Part shown: piece after piece, positions 8,286 to 17,818 of the stretch
Numbering within the stretch: the first letter of the stretch is position 1
Layout of the letters: the number at the start of each line of letters is the position of its first letter
Notes under the pieces: generated by a model
The model's input: only the letters and a program-made list of their open reading frames with translations
The model's database searches: none
What the model was told of the DNA's origin: nothing
Origin: a virus
Direction: 5' to 3' (one strand)
DNA: 64,000 bases
Virus record (IMG/VR): IMGVR_UViG_3300021963_000110
Coordinates: 4,220 to 68,219 of that record
Translations under genes and position numbers: made by a program

Positions 8286-10097
8286 TTAACCTTCACATGC
8301 TAAACAAACGTCTTCGGTTGCTAATGCTTTCAAGTCAATCTCTTCCATGACTTGTCGCTCTATTTTCTTTGATATCTTATCTGCCTTACCAATCTTTTCT
8401 GAACGGCAATAGTATAATGTCTTTAAGCCTTGTTTCCACGCTTGAAAGTGAACAGCATGGATATACTTAATATTACTATCGGGTCTAAAGAATAGATTAA
8501 CAGATTGTGCTTGATCTATATACTGTTGTCTATCTGCAGAATGTTGAACAACCCAACGCTGGTCAATTTCCATAGATGTTTTAAATACTTCTTTATCCCA
8601 ATCAGACAACCAAGTTAAATGCTGTACCGATCCATCATTAGCAATAATTGAAGACCAGATATCATTGTAGTCATTTTGTGATACTGTACCACTGTCACTT
8701 GAAAGATGCTTTTCAATAACTCTATTTAACCATTTGTTTTTGTTGAGCATTGAACCCGATAAAGTATCTTGTCTATATGCGTTCGCACGAAGGGGCTCAA
8801 TAGAAGGGGAAGTATTACCCATAATGATAGAAGAAGAAGCGTTTGGAGCAATAGCAAGCATATGAGAGAAGCGGCGTCCAGTACCTGCCGCATCGGGTGC
8901 TTCGCCTCTTTCGGTACCCAATTGAATATTTGCATTATCTAGTTCCTTGCGAATGTGACCGAATATCTTATGGTTCAATCCTGTTGCTGATGCCGATTCC
9001 CATGGGATGCTTTTCTTTTGTAAAAGAGCATGCCAACCGAGAGCACCAATACCAATAGACCGTTCGCGAATAGCAGAATATCGTGCGCGTGATATGCTAT
9101 CAGGAGCATTATCAATGAAATACTGCAAGACGTTATCGAGCATCTCTGCAACGTCCCGAAGAAAAAGTCTGTCATCTTTCCAATCATCGTAATACTCCAA
9201 GTTCAAAGAGGATAAGCAACATACCGCAGTACGATCTTTATCCGTAGGTAAAATAATTTCACTGCACAAATTAGATTGTTTAATACTTAGTCCCAGTTTC
9301 TTTTGGAACTCAGGCATTGCTCTATTGCTACTATCAATAAAATGTAGATAGGGCTCACCTGTTTGCATACGCATATCTAAAATACGTTGCCATAATTCTC
9401 TTGCTGACACTTTATCTCTAACTTCGCCATTGTGAGGATCTTTTAATTCCCATGTGTCATCCATCTCGGGATCAATCATTGCACGTTCAATTAAATGCAT
9501 AAAATCATCAGTGATATTAATACCGTGATGCAAATTCAAACAACGCATATTGGGATCGCCTGTTGGCTTTCTCATCTCTAGAAAAATAAGAATGTCCGGA
9601 TGAGAAATATCAAGATAAGCGGCATAGCTACCACGACGAGTCCTACCTTGTCTATAAGCGAGAGATGATGCGTCATATGTGCGAAGGTGGGGCATGACTC
9701 CAACCGATTTATCATCCGATGAACGTATTCCGATACCAATTCCAACTCCTCCACCCATCATGGATAACCAATTTACTTCGGCCAGACAATCGACCAAACC
9801 TTCTGCACTATCATGTAGATAAGGTAAAAAACATGATATAGGAAGGCCACGCTTACTACGCCCAAAGCTGAGAATAGGAGTAGAATAAGACAACCAATGT
9901 CTACTGCTGTACTCATAAAGTCTTTGCGAATGTTCTCGATTTGACCCGAACGTCTTGGAAACATATGCGAACCTTTCTTGCGGTGAGACCTCATCCTCCT
10001 TCATATAGCTTTCTTTTAATCTTTTAATACCTAGCTCGTCAAATAGACTATCTCTAGAATAGTCGACATTAATCCCATGCACAATTTCTTGCGTCAT
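8286..10097 (-). CDS. nrdA: Class I ribonucleotide reductase alpha subunit, short form without an ATP cone
   Basis: PISCF, SNLCSEI, IAPNASSS, LKTLYY and C-terminal CLACEG. Confidence 0.95.
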   Translation of the reverse strand: MTQEIVHGINVDYSRDSLFDELGIKRLKESYMKEDEVSPQERFAYVSKTFGSNREHSQRLYEYSSRHWLSYSTPILSFGRSKRGLPISCFLPYLHDSAEGLVDCLAEVNWLSMMGGGVGIGIGIRSSDDKSVGVMPHLRTYDASSLAYRQGRTRRGSYAAYLDISHPDILIFLEMRKPTGDPNMRCLNLHHGINITDDFMHLIERAMIDPEMDDTWELKDPHNGEVRDKVSARELWQRILDMRMQTGEPYLHFIDSSNRAMPEFQKKLGLSIKQSNLCSEIILPTDKDRTAVCCLSSLNLEYYDDWKDDRLFLRDVAEMLDNVLQYFIDNAPDSISRARYSAIRERSIGIGALGWHALLQKKSIPWESASATGLNHKIFGHIRKELDNANIQLGTERGEAPDAAGTGRRFSHMLAIAPNASSSIIMGNTSPSIEPLRANAYRQDTLSGSMLNKNKWLNRVIEKHLSSDSGTVSQNDYNDIWSSIIANDGSVQHLTWLSDWDKEVFKTSMEIDQRWVVQHSADRQQYIDQAQSVNLFFRPDSNIKYIHAVHFQAWKQGLKTLYYCRSEKIGKADKISKKIERQVMEEIDLKALATEDVCLACEG

Positions 10098-10118
10098 CTT
10101 TACTCCAATTTTTTTATT

Positions 10119-10307
10119 TTAAACTACTGATAGTGCAGCATTACAAATTTGTACTACATATCTTATTGTTTTTTCATCTCCAGCACATTCTTGTGCTACT
10201 CTAACATCTTTTATTTCTTGTAACAAATAATTTCGTTCCTCAACACTAATGTTTCCTATTTGGCAGGCTTCAACTATTGATTGTATCTCTTGTTCTAATG
10301 GATGCAT
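10119..10307 (-). CDS. Small helical hypothetical protein (start likely MHPLEQ)
   Basis: TAATG overlap with the upstream lipoprotein gene. Confidence 0.6.
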   Translation of the reverse strand: MHPLEQEIQSIVEACQIGNISVEERNYLLQEIKDVRVAQECAGDEKTIRYVVQICNAALSVV

Positions 10308-10669
10308 TATCGATTCTCCCATGCGGTTTTTGTTGCGTTTATTCTTTGTGTCGCTGTCTTTTTGCCTAATTCACAAAAGGTTTTACTTGCACCGCTATTC
10401 ATCTTTATTGCGTGACTATGTAATCCTTTGATATTATCTTTCTGCGGATCATTTCGCCATTCTGTATATTTTGACAAATGCTCTGTATATGCAATTACAT
10501 TTGACCAATTACTTTTTTCACAATCAACTTTATTAATCTCAATATCAGCACTGACTAAATAACCAAACATAATTGGGTCATGTGGTCTTGGCCAATATTT
10601 TTGCAAATTGCTTACAGTACTACATCCTGCAAGCAAAGTAATACTTAATAATACTAATAACTTTTTCAT
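10307..10669 (-). CDS. Lipoprotein of unknown function
   Basis: Signal peptide with LAGC lipobox. Confidence 0.7.
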   Translation of the reverse strand: MKKLLVLLSITLLAGCSTVSNLQKYWPRPHDPIMFGYLVSADIEINKVDCEKSNWSNVIAYTEHLSKYTEWRNDPQKDNIKGLHSHAIKMNSGASKTFCELGKKTATQRINATKTAWENR

Positions 10670-10932
10670 TTTATTCCTTCGTATATTGTTTTTTGTACGT
10701 TATACCATTCTATCCATGCATCCATTTTAACTGCACATTCATAATATGCAGTATAGTTTACAGTAACTATTTTTGCTACATCGCTTAATTTTGCGTCAGG
10801 GCTAAGTTCTTGTAGATTTGGGCATTTTGTCAGTAATACTTTAGGCACTTCTGGAAATTTTGCAACAACAGGAACAGTTGTTGAACATCCCGTTAATGAT
10901 ATGAGCAATAAAAGCATAATGATAGATTTCAT
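10666..10932 (-). CDS. Outer-membrane spanin (Rz1-like lipoprotein)
   Basis: LTGC lipobox; Pro-rich FPEVPKVLLTKCPNL; NYxxYYEC motif; follows an Rz-like gene. Confidence 0.75.
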   Translation of the reverse strand: MKSIIMLLLLISLTGCSTTVPVVAKFPEVPKVLLTKCPNLQELSPDAKLSDVAKIVTVNYTAYYECAVKMDAWIEWYNVQKTIYEGIK

Positions 10933-11375
10933 CTGCGTTCCTTCGCTGCGTCATTGTGCGATATAAAAAATTCCTTAGGAAGTTCACAAATACCGCCAGG
11001 AGCAAATTTAGTATCGTATTTGATAATTTCTCTATCTATGTACTTTATAACTTCTTCGCCTTTTTCGCGAACTACCTTTTGCTTATATACTACCTTTTCC
11101 TGTATCTTAATGTTTTCTTTTTTGCTCTCAACTTCTGCGGCGGCAACTTTTGCTTCTAACTCTTTTACTTTTTCCATCATTGCGGCTTGTATGCCAAGTC
11201 CGCCTTCAAAGTATACACCCATTACAAACAATACAAATCCTACTATTCTAATAGGAATGTAATAATTGCTTATGAATGGTATAACCTTAAGTACCATGCT
11301 GATAATGATAATTAGCAATCCTGCTGCTAAGATAGCATGAAAGAAAGTACTAGGTAATAGAGATAGATACCACAT
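10929..11375 (-). CDS. Inner-membrane spanin (Rz-like)
   Basis: Two N-terminal TM segments, a coiled coil and C-terminal CELP...HNDAA. Confidence 0.7.
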   Translation of the reverse strand: MWYLSLLPSTFFHAILAAGLLIIIISMVLKVIPFISNYYIPIRIVGFVLFVMGVYFEGGLGIQAAMMEKVKELEAKVAAAEVESKKENIKIQEKVVYKQKVVREKGEEVIKYIDREIIKYDTKFAPGGICELPKEFFISHNDAAKERR

Positions 11376-11770
11376 TAAGATTCTAATATTTGTTTAATGT
11401 TTGGCGGTACAAATGTGTCAGGTTTTAATACCTTACCATCTTCCCGTTTGATCAACTTACCATCAACCATCTTAGACATATTAGATCGCGCAACTTCATC
11501 CCATACTGCTTGTTGCGGAATGCCCAATGAATGTTCTAAGCCTTCAATAACCCATTTCAAATCTGCACACGCATCTGCGATTTCAATTATATCGGTTTCA
11601 TTCCACGCGTGCATCAATTCTTTATATTCTTCTACAATTAACTTCATATAAAGTGCTGCTTGCTCAAATCTTTCTGGTGGTAAACCTGTGTGATCTGGAA
11701 CACCGGGTTCACCGTAGACGTTTTGCTCGCCTGCAAGCATAAACTTCTTCACATCATCATTACTGTTCAT
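11375..11770 (-). CDS. MazG-like all-alpha NTP pyrophosphohydrolase
   Basis: EEYKEL...EIADACADL...EVARSNMSK...REDGKVLKP. Confidence 0.85.
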   Translation of the reverse strand: MNSNDDVKKFMLAGEQNVYGEPGVPDHTGLPPERFEQAALYMKLIVEEYKELMHAWNETDIIEIADACADLKWVIEGLEHSLGIPQQAVWDEVARSNMSKMVDGKLIKREDGKVLKPDTFVPPNIKQILES

Positions 11771-12446
11771 TTACTAAATCCTTAGTCATAGGGAAAATTT
11801 CTGTAATCACTTCAGCAATAGCTAGGGCAATTTCAGCGTGTTCTTTCTGAGTTCCATTGCCAGCTCGTAGAACTATATAGTGGATCCAACTTCTCAAGGT
11901 ACCATTCATATAAAGTCTACTAACCGTCAACCCCTCGGGTAGAACTGCACGAGCTTGTTCTTTGGCAATGCCTTTAGCTACTGCCCAAGAATATATATCC
12001 CGGGTTTTATTTATAAGATCGCGCTGTAAATTTTGCCACTGATAAGCAATTTGTCTCTGTTCATCATTCTGTAAATCTATCTCAACAGAATTTTGTCTGT
12101 TTTTAGTATCTTGCAGACGAGCTTCACGAATAACAAAATCTAAATCCTGTGTAGGATCAGCATATCTTTGACTAAACTCCTGAAAAGAAAAACTTCTATG
12201 ACGAAGAATCTGTCGCGCAATATCCCTTGTAGTTTCAATCTCAACGCACGCAGATACCATCTCAAGTGGTGACCAGTGTTGATGTTTAATCAAATACTTA
12301 ATCAACTTCTCAGATGTCTCTGTGTTGTATTGGTTTGCTGGATTCGAAACTCTTGCACAAAATGCTACTAGATCTTGTGCGTCATACAAACCGTCGGACA
12401 CTAACTCTCGTGTCGGTTTGCTATAACTAATTAACTTACATTTCAT
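11760..12446 (-). CDS. thyX: Flavin-dependent thymidylate synthase
   Basis: HWSPLEM; RHRSFSFQEFSQRY (RHRx7S); EQARAVLP. Confidence 0.95.
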   Translation of the reverse strand: MKCKLISYSKPTRELVSDGLYDAQDLVAFCARVSNPANQYNTETSEKLIKYLIKHQHWSPLEMVSACVEIETTRDIARQILRHRSFSFQEFSQRYADPTQDLDFVIREARLQDTKNRQNSVEIDLQNDEQRQIAYQWQNLQRDLINKTRDIYSWAVAKGIAKEQARAVLPEGLTVSRLYMNGTLRSWIHYIVLRAGNGTQKEHAEIALAIAEVITEIFPMTKDLVNEQ

Positions 12447-13463
12447 TTAACACCTCTTCCATGATACGAATTTCATTTTTGCTTCTAGACCATTATATAT
12501 GTTCTTCTTAATTATGTTCAATGGTTCTTTGCCCGTTAACACAATATCATTAATATCTTTTTCTTCTAAAGTCTGCGGCCATACAACAATATTATAATTG
12601 CTATTGATAGCTTTGTCTATAATTTTACAAACTTCTTTGTTTCTAGGTTGGTTGTCAAAAATAACAACTAATCTTTCTTTTGGAATGCCCAATGAATCTA
12701 GTTTACCAAATGCTGTACCTGCAACCGCAATACAATTTGGAATGAATAAACTATCAATAGGACCCTCAACAACATAAACCTTTTTGTTCTTATCCACAAA
12801 ATCTAAACCAAATATAAATGGTTTATCATCATTGATCTTAATAGTAACATATCTTAAAGATTCGCCTCTTAGGGCTCTACAAGTTACACCAACTAATAAA
12901 CCTTTTTCATCATAGAAAGGAATAACCAATCTGGGTTCTTTGGTCTTTAATGTGTCTTTATACTTGTCCGATAATTGTTCTATTTTTCTAATGTCGTCGA
13001 CAAAGTATAACTGTTTAAATTTTTCTCTTGGGATTTTTCTTTTTAAACAAAACTGCACTGCTTCATTATCATCGGGCAATTTATCTAAACGGTCAAGTAA
13101 TTCATCTAATAAATTTTTTGGTTCAAACACAGGCGCAGCCATTTTAAATTTATCTTCAACCTTTTGATGCGGTTTATTTAATGGCAGACCTTCACTATAT
13201 CGTTCCATAGTATATTGATTATACATCAAAGAGTCCATTTGTTTTAAGAATGACCCAAAGTGTAATGATGCATCGCAGTTATGACATTTATAAAACAAAT
13301 CGTTTTTAACGGCATAAAAGTACCCACGCGTTTTATTCTTTTTTGAAGAAGAATCTCCGCAAATGGTACAACGACAGTTATACAGATGGTCGTTCTTTTG
13401 TTTGAACAACGGCAACCGATTACTGATTAATTTTAAGTATTTAAGATCAAGAAATAAAGACAC
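12447..13463 (-). CDS. 61: DNA primase, T4 gp61-like
   Basis: Zn finger CRCTICGDS...CHNC; TOPRIM VVEGPIDSLF and FDNQPRN; KDIND; GTG start with GGAG RBS. Confidence 0.93.
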   Translation of the reverse strand: MSLFLDLKYLKLISNRLPLFKQKNDHLYNCRCTICGDSSSKKNKTRGYFYAVKNDLFYKCHNCDASLHFGSFLKQMDSLMYNQYTMERYSEGLPLNKPHQKVEDKFKMAAPVFEPKNLLDELLDRLDKLPDDNEAVQFCLKRKIPREKFKQLYFVDDIRKIEQLSDKYKDTLKTKEPRLVIPFYDEKGLLVGVTCRALRGESLRYVTIKINDDKPFIFGLDFVDKNKKVYVVEGPIDSLFIPNCIAVAGTAFGKLDSLGIPKERLVVIFDNQPRNKEVCKIIDKAINSNYNIVVWPQTLEEKDINDIVLTGKEPLNIIKKNIYNGLEAKMKFVSWKRC

Positions 13464-13514
13464 AATAAGACTCCAGGAGAGTCTTATTATAATATAAACA
13501 GGCTATAAGGTCAA
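13464..13514 (-). promoter_or_regulatory. Sigma70-type promoter (TTGACC-17 nt-TATAAT) with an overlapping 10-bp hairpin sequestering the primase RBS
   Basis: -35 at 13514-13509, -10 at 13491-13486; AATAAGACTC-TCCTG-GAGTCTTATT at 13488-13464. Confidence 0.75.
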
Positions 13515-13816
13515 TTGAAAAGTGGTTGAATCTTATCAATATGGCCAGCTAGGAAGCCAACTACGGCTAATCCGCCCCATGCCATATATGTCCATTTGTC
13601 TTTTAATTTTTCCATTTGCTCAATCTTATGATTAAGCTCGGCATGCTGAGCGCAAGAAGCATCGTACATCTTATCGAGTTTTGCGCTAAGATCATCGCGC
13701 GTTTTATCCAAACAATCATGCATTTCCTTAACATCGGTTTTTAAGGTATCAATTTTTTCATTAATACCTTCGACCTTAGTCTCAAGTATGCCGATTCTTT
13801 CTTGCGAAGTAGCCAT
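13511..13816 (-). CDS. Coiled-coil protein with a C-terminal TM helix (XhlA/holin-like topology)
   Basis: Heptad pattern followed by WTYMAWGGLAVVGFLAG. Confidence 0.5.
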   Translation of the reverse strand: MATSQERIGILETKVEGINEKIDTLKTDVKEMHDCLDKTRDDLSAKLDKMYDASCAQHAELNHKIEQMEKLKDKWTYMAWGGLAVVGFLAGHIDKIQPLFN

Positions 13817-13819
13817 TTT

Positions 13820-14155
13820 TTATTTTTTCTTTTTAGCTTTTGCAACAGCTGTTTTTGTTTTTGTTGTAGCTTTTTTAACTACAGCAGTTGCGTCAGCCAA
13901 ATTAACTTTGCCGTCATCATTTACATCAAGTGTAGCTTTTGCCTCTTCAACAAATTCTTTAACTTCTTGAGTAACTGTAGGAACAAATGTAGGTGTTACA
14001 GGTGCGGTTGGTGTTGGTTCAGCCGGCGGTACTTCTTCTACAACAGGTTGAGCCTGTTCTGTTTTTACAACAGTTTCAGGAATATCTTTACCTTTTCTCA
14101 AAATAAAATAACCTGCTACTGCAAGAATTGCGACTGCTACGATGATAATTTCCAT
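13820..14155 (-). CDS. Membrane-anchored protein with a Pro/Thr linker and an EF-hand-like loop
   Basis: N-terminal TM; DVNDDGKVNLAD; Lys-rich tail. Confidence 0.6.
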   Translation of the reverse strand: MEIIIVAVAILAVAGYFILRKGKDIPETVVKTEQAQPVVEEVPPAEPTPTAPVTPTFVPTVTQEVKEFVEEAKATLDVNDDGKVNLADATAVVKKATTKTKTAVAKAKKKK

Positions 14156-14703
14156 TATTTTCTCCTAAAAATACTATTTGAATCAACCCATTTTTTCTGA
14201 CGCTTTTTGCTAATCGGCGGTTGATCTGGCGGCAATCCCGCAATCCCCGGAGTTACTGCGGCATTGTTTGCTGCAACTGCTCCCTCGCCCTCTTCAGAAA
14301 ACTGCTTGAATGTGAACATTTTACGATCATTGAGATACTCCTCAACTAATATAAGTTCTTCATTTAAATCAGACTTAACTTTATTTATATATCTTAATTC
14401 CAAGTCAATCGGCTCTTTGCCTTCTTCTAATGATTCTTTTATTAATGCATATGCAGCTGCTAATGAAACAAATTGTTTATTTGCGATTGGCACCTTTTCC
14501 ACAATTTTCTTTAATCTAAATACTAATCTGTGTAAAAGAGTATAAGCATCTCTTTCCTGTACAGTATTTAGATCGCGCATTTTAATTAATTCATTGCCCT
14601 TATCGTCAATGATACCTAACTTGAATGCATCTGTTTTGTTAAATGGCGTTACTAGAAGTTTAAGTATTCTATATGCTATAACTGAATCTACAAATTTTCC
14701 CAT
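14155..14703 (-). CDS. Conserved T4-like phage hypothetical protein
   Basis: YRILKLLVTPF...AFKLGIIDDKG...AYTLLHRLVFRLK pattern recalled from aquatic T4-like phages. Confidence 0.65.
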   Translation of the reverse strand: MGKFVDSVIAYRILKLLVTPFNKTDAFKLGIIDDKGNELIKMRDLNTVQERDAYTLLHRLVFRLKKIVEKVPIANKQFVSLAAAYALIKESLEEGKEPIDLELRYINKVKSDLNEELILVEEYLNDRKMFTFKQFSEEGEGAVAANNAAVTPGIAGLPPDQPPISKKRQKKWVDSNSIFRRK

Positions 14704-14715
14704 TTTATTTCTCTT

Positions 14716-15906
14716 TTATACGTTTGCTGTATTTGTTGATGGGTAATATCTATTAGTGCCCCAAATAATTCTAACGGCGCCTTTAGCACCCCAACCAGTG
14801 GAGTGCGGGAATCCTGCGTACCAAAGAGATCCGCCACCACCGCCACCGAATGCGTATCCAGAGCTTCCTACAGTTTGACCATACCCCTGATTGATACTCG
14901 CTGGAGGTTCTCCGCCTGAACCACCTTGACCAGTCCAGCCGGAGTCAAGATAATTTCCAACGCCGCCAGCACCACTTGCGCCTTCACCGTAGATACCTAC
15001 ACCGCCACCGCCTTTACCTTCATATCTAGTTCTACCGCCAGCACCACCACCGCCACCGTTTCCTGCTAATCCACTAAATGTTTCAGCATTACCACCGTTT
15101 CCGCTATAACCCGCAGCACCACCGCCACCGCCAGTATTAGAATATCCGCCATTGCCGCCGCCTTGACCTATTCGTAAATCGCCGCCGACGCCTTTGCCGC
15201 CCAAGACTTGCGCACCATAACCACCGCCGGCAAGAATTAAATTCGGTCCAAATGAACTATATCCTCCAGAAGCACCAATTGCGGTATTACTTTGTCCTGC
15301 TTGCCCGACAATCACCGTATAATTTTGGCCTCCAGTTGTTGTAACATTTCCCCATGACAATGCGCCGCCACCACCACCTGTAGAACCACCGCAACCACCA
15401 CCACCAACCGCTACAACGCTGACAGAAGTAAATCCAAACGGCGCCACAAATGTGTATGTACCTGGAATGGTATATTCTTGTTGACCAGGTGGGGTTTGAC
15501 TTGTATCATTTATAACGATTGAAGAAGATATTCCAGCAAGAGAACTTAATGTTCTACTTGGATCAGTATATACTGCAATAACAAAAGATTCCGTTATGGG
15601 TTCAGTTGTTATATCTGAGATCAGAGTTATTCCTGTTGCAGTACCAGCGTTTTTAGATATAGAAATAGTGCCTGTAGGTATAGTATTGGATGCAAAGTCA
15701 ATATTACTAGCATTGGTAGGTTCTACTGCCCAATAAAGAGTTGTTGATCCGGTTGGCACATATTGTGCAAATACACTGAATGATATACTGTTGCCTTCAT
15801 TTACACTGTATGCAGATGGAGTAACCGAACAGGTAATCCTAGGTGATCCGGTGGAAGCAACTGTTATTGGGCCTGCAAATGATATGTCTTGAAAAAACAA
15901 TGACAT
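14716..15906 (-). CDS. Fibre/adhesin protein: Calx-beta-like domain plus Gly-rich domain; paralogue of 130..1893
   Basis: INDTSQTPPGQQEYTIPGTY...VVAVGGGG...GAVRIIWG...YPSTNTANV. Confidence 0.75.
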   Translation of the reverse strand: MSLFFQDISFAGPITVASTGSPRITCSVTPSAYSVNEGNSISFSVFAQYVPTGSTTLYWAVEPTNASNIDFASNTIPTGTISISKNAGTATGITLISDITTEPITESFVIAVYTDPSRTLSSLAGISSSIVINDTSQTPPGQQEYTIPGTYTFVAPFGFTSVSVVAVGGGGCGGSTGGGGGALSWGNVTTTGGQNYTVIVGQAGQSNTAIGASGGYSSFGPNLILAGGGYGAQVLGGKGVGGDLRIGQGGGNGGYSNTGGGGGAAGYSGNGGNAETFSGLAGNGGGGGAGGRTRYEGKGGGGVGIYGEGASGAGGVGNYLDSGWTGQGGSGGEPPASINQGYGQTVGSSGYAFGGGGGGSLWYAGFPHSTGWGAKGAVRIIWGTNRYYPSTNTANV

Positions 15907-15907
15907 T

Positions 15908-16297
15908 CTATACCTTTCTTAATATCTCTATTATATTATTATCTAAAGGTATTTCTGAATCTATCAGAATAAGATCTTTAGATATAATTATTTTTTCCGG
16001 CATATAATTTAAAAATACTAAAAATGTTTTTAACTGAGGCCAAAACTTTTGATCTATCTTATAGAACAACATCTTTGTGGCCGCCTCAACTCCAAACAAA
16101 TTGTTTAGTACAATTATATGATTTAAAATTAATCTTTCCTTTAATTCTTTACCACTATGATACTTACCAAGAAGTCGTTTAACATATTTAAACCTCTTAA
16201 TATCATCTAAGAATTCCGCCATACCTTTACAGTATGGGTTATCATAGTATTTCATAGCATACATTATAAAGTTTTCTTCAGTCAATTCAAATGTCAT
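15908..16297 (-). CDS. Conserved T4-like phage hypothetical protein
   Basis: ELTEENFIMYAMKYYDNP...KRFKYVKRLL...ERLILNHII pattern recalled from cyanophage-like myoviruses. Confidence 0.7.
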   Translation of the reverse strand: MTFELTEENFIMYAMKYYDNPYCKGMAEFLDDIKRFKYVKRLLGKYHSGKELKERLILNHIIVLNNLFGVEAATKMLFYKIDQKFWPQLKTFLVFLNYMPEKIIISKDLILIDSEIPLDNNIIEILRKV

Positions 16298-16309
16298 ATT
16301 TTTATTTTA

Positions 16310-17356
16310 TTATAGATACACTGTATCATTACCTGCTGTTGCATCGGAAACATTAGTTGACGGGAAAGCTCTATTAAATCCCCAAACTATTCGAACTGCT
16401 CCAGGTCCACCGCGACCTGCAATCATATTAGAAGCAGGAGTTTGCGTTGATGAATAATAGTAACCTCCGCCACCACCGCCGTACAGTCCACCATTATTTC
16501 GTATAGAATTAGAAGGGTTTATACTTGTTACTACATATGAATTGCCATTATATAGTTGCGGTATACCTACATTGTAGCTTCCACCGCCACCGTTGCGAGC
16601 AGTTAATGTGCCACCTGCTCCGTCTCTACCAAGACCGTAAACATTTACACCGCCACCCCCGGCTCCTTCAACATTAGCAGCAGGTCCGCGTTTCCAAATA
16701 CTACTGCCGCCACCTCCCCCGCCGCCACCTGTCACGGCAGCGTTTCCTGCTACGTTGCTGGCATATAAATTTACAACACTTGCATCTCCGCCATTTTGCG
16801 TATATCCTGCAGCTCCACCTCCAGCAAGAATACTTGGCTCGGCCCCACTCGGGCTCACGCCTGAATTTCCACCCAGCGCTCCCCCATCATATGTGCCTGC
16901 AGGATATCCTCTACCATTGGTGCCGCCTGCATAAAGTTGATTATATCCGCCAGCTGCAATAGTGGATACACCACTTACAGTAACAGAAGAATTTGGGGCT
17001 CGCATGGTAATTATTCCATCTCCAAATATTCTGGTTTGAGAATTACCAACTACAACTGTAACAGTTTGTCCAGGAGTTACTGGTACATTATTTCTATATG
17101 CAAGACCACCACCTTTTCCGCCTAGAGCAGCATCTGTACCACTAAGTTGTACATACCCAGCTTCTCCCCCACCAATTACAACATAAGATATTGAGTATAC
17201 ATTTGATGGTACTATAAAACTATACGTTGTGTTTCCGCTAATACTAGCATTTCCCGGATAAAACGCATTACCTCTTGGCACAGTACCAAGTGTAGGATTA
17301 AATTTGACATTGCCTGAAAAGGTCATGCCGCGGCCGGAAAATGTAAATGTTCCCAT
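16310..17356 (-). CDS. Gly-rich adhesin-like virion protein
   Basis: VVIGGG...GGGLAYRNN...GAVRIVWG. Confidence 0.7.
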   Translation of the reverse strand: MGTFTFSGRGMTFSGNVKFNPTLGTVPRGNAFYPGNASISGNTTYSFIVPSNVYSISYVVIGGGEAGYVQLSGTDAALGGKGGGLAYRNNVPVTPGQTVTVVVGNSQTRIFGDGIITMRAPNSSVTVSGVSTIAAGGYNQLYAGGTNGRGYPAGTYDGGALGGNSGVSPSGAEPSILAGGGAAGYTQNGGDASVVNLYASNVAGNAAVTGGGGGGGGSSIWKRGPAANVEGAGGGGVNVYGLGRDGAGGTLTARNGGGGSYNVGIPQLYNGNSYVVTSINPSNSIRNNGGLYGGGGGGYYYSSTQTPASNMIAGRGGPGAVRIVWGFNRAFPSTNVSDATAGNDTVYL

Positions 17357-17796
17357 TATACTACGCTAGCTGTTCCGCCAATCATAAACCATTTATGATT
17401 TGAATACATTAGTGTAGCAGTGTCGCCTACATTAGCAAAACGAACATTTGCACCATTGGCAACATTATAACCTAACGAATAAGAACCACCTGCCGATACA
17501 GTAGTTAATATAATTTTGATTTGACCATTGGCTCCGTTAGGAATTGAAATGTCTGCAGGCGTGCCGCCAATATTAAGATATGTCGTAGGCGTAGTTATAC
17601 TTACAACACCTGCAGAAGATAATGTCTGCGGTGTGCCTGTTATCTTAACATTGCCCTGTAGATTTGGATCAGTTAAATCTGCAAGAAAATTAGCAACCGT
17701 GATGCTTTTACTTGTATTTGATTGTACAAGATAAAGCAAATCATTTGGATTTGTTGCTGTTGCTGCAACCAGGTCTGAGATTTTTTGTTTTGCCAT
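17356..17796 (-). CDS. Small virion structural protein, paralogue of the N-terminal domain of 57810..62312
   Basis: KISDL...DLLYLVQ...DPNLQGN...GQIKII...GDTATLMYS.KW shared with the 1500-aa protein. Confidence 0.65.
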   Translation of the reverse strand: MAKQKISDLVAATATNPNDLLYLVQSNTSKSITVANFLADLTDPNLQGNVKITGTPQTLSSAGVVSITTPTTYLNIGGTPADISIPNGANGQIKIILTTVSAGGSYSLGYNVANGANVRFANVGDTATLMYSNHKWFMIGGTASVV

Positions 17797-17818
17797 TTTG
17801 GTATTAAGTTGTTTTGTT

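Noticed and set aside
6013-12446. Introns or inteins in nrdA, nrdB or thyX
   Set aside because: All three are continuous and of normal length, with no intein motifs
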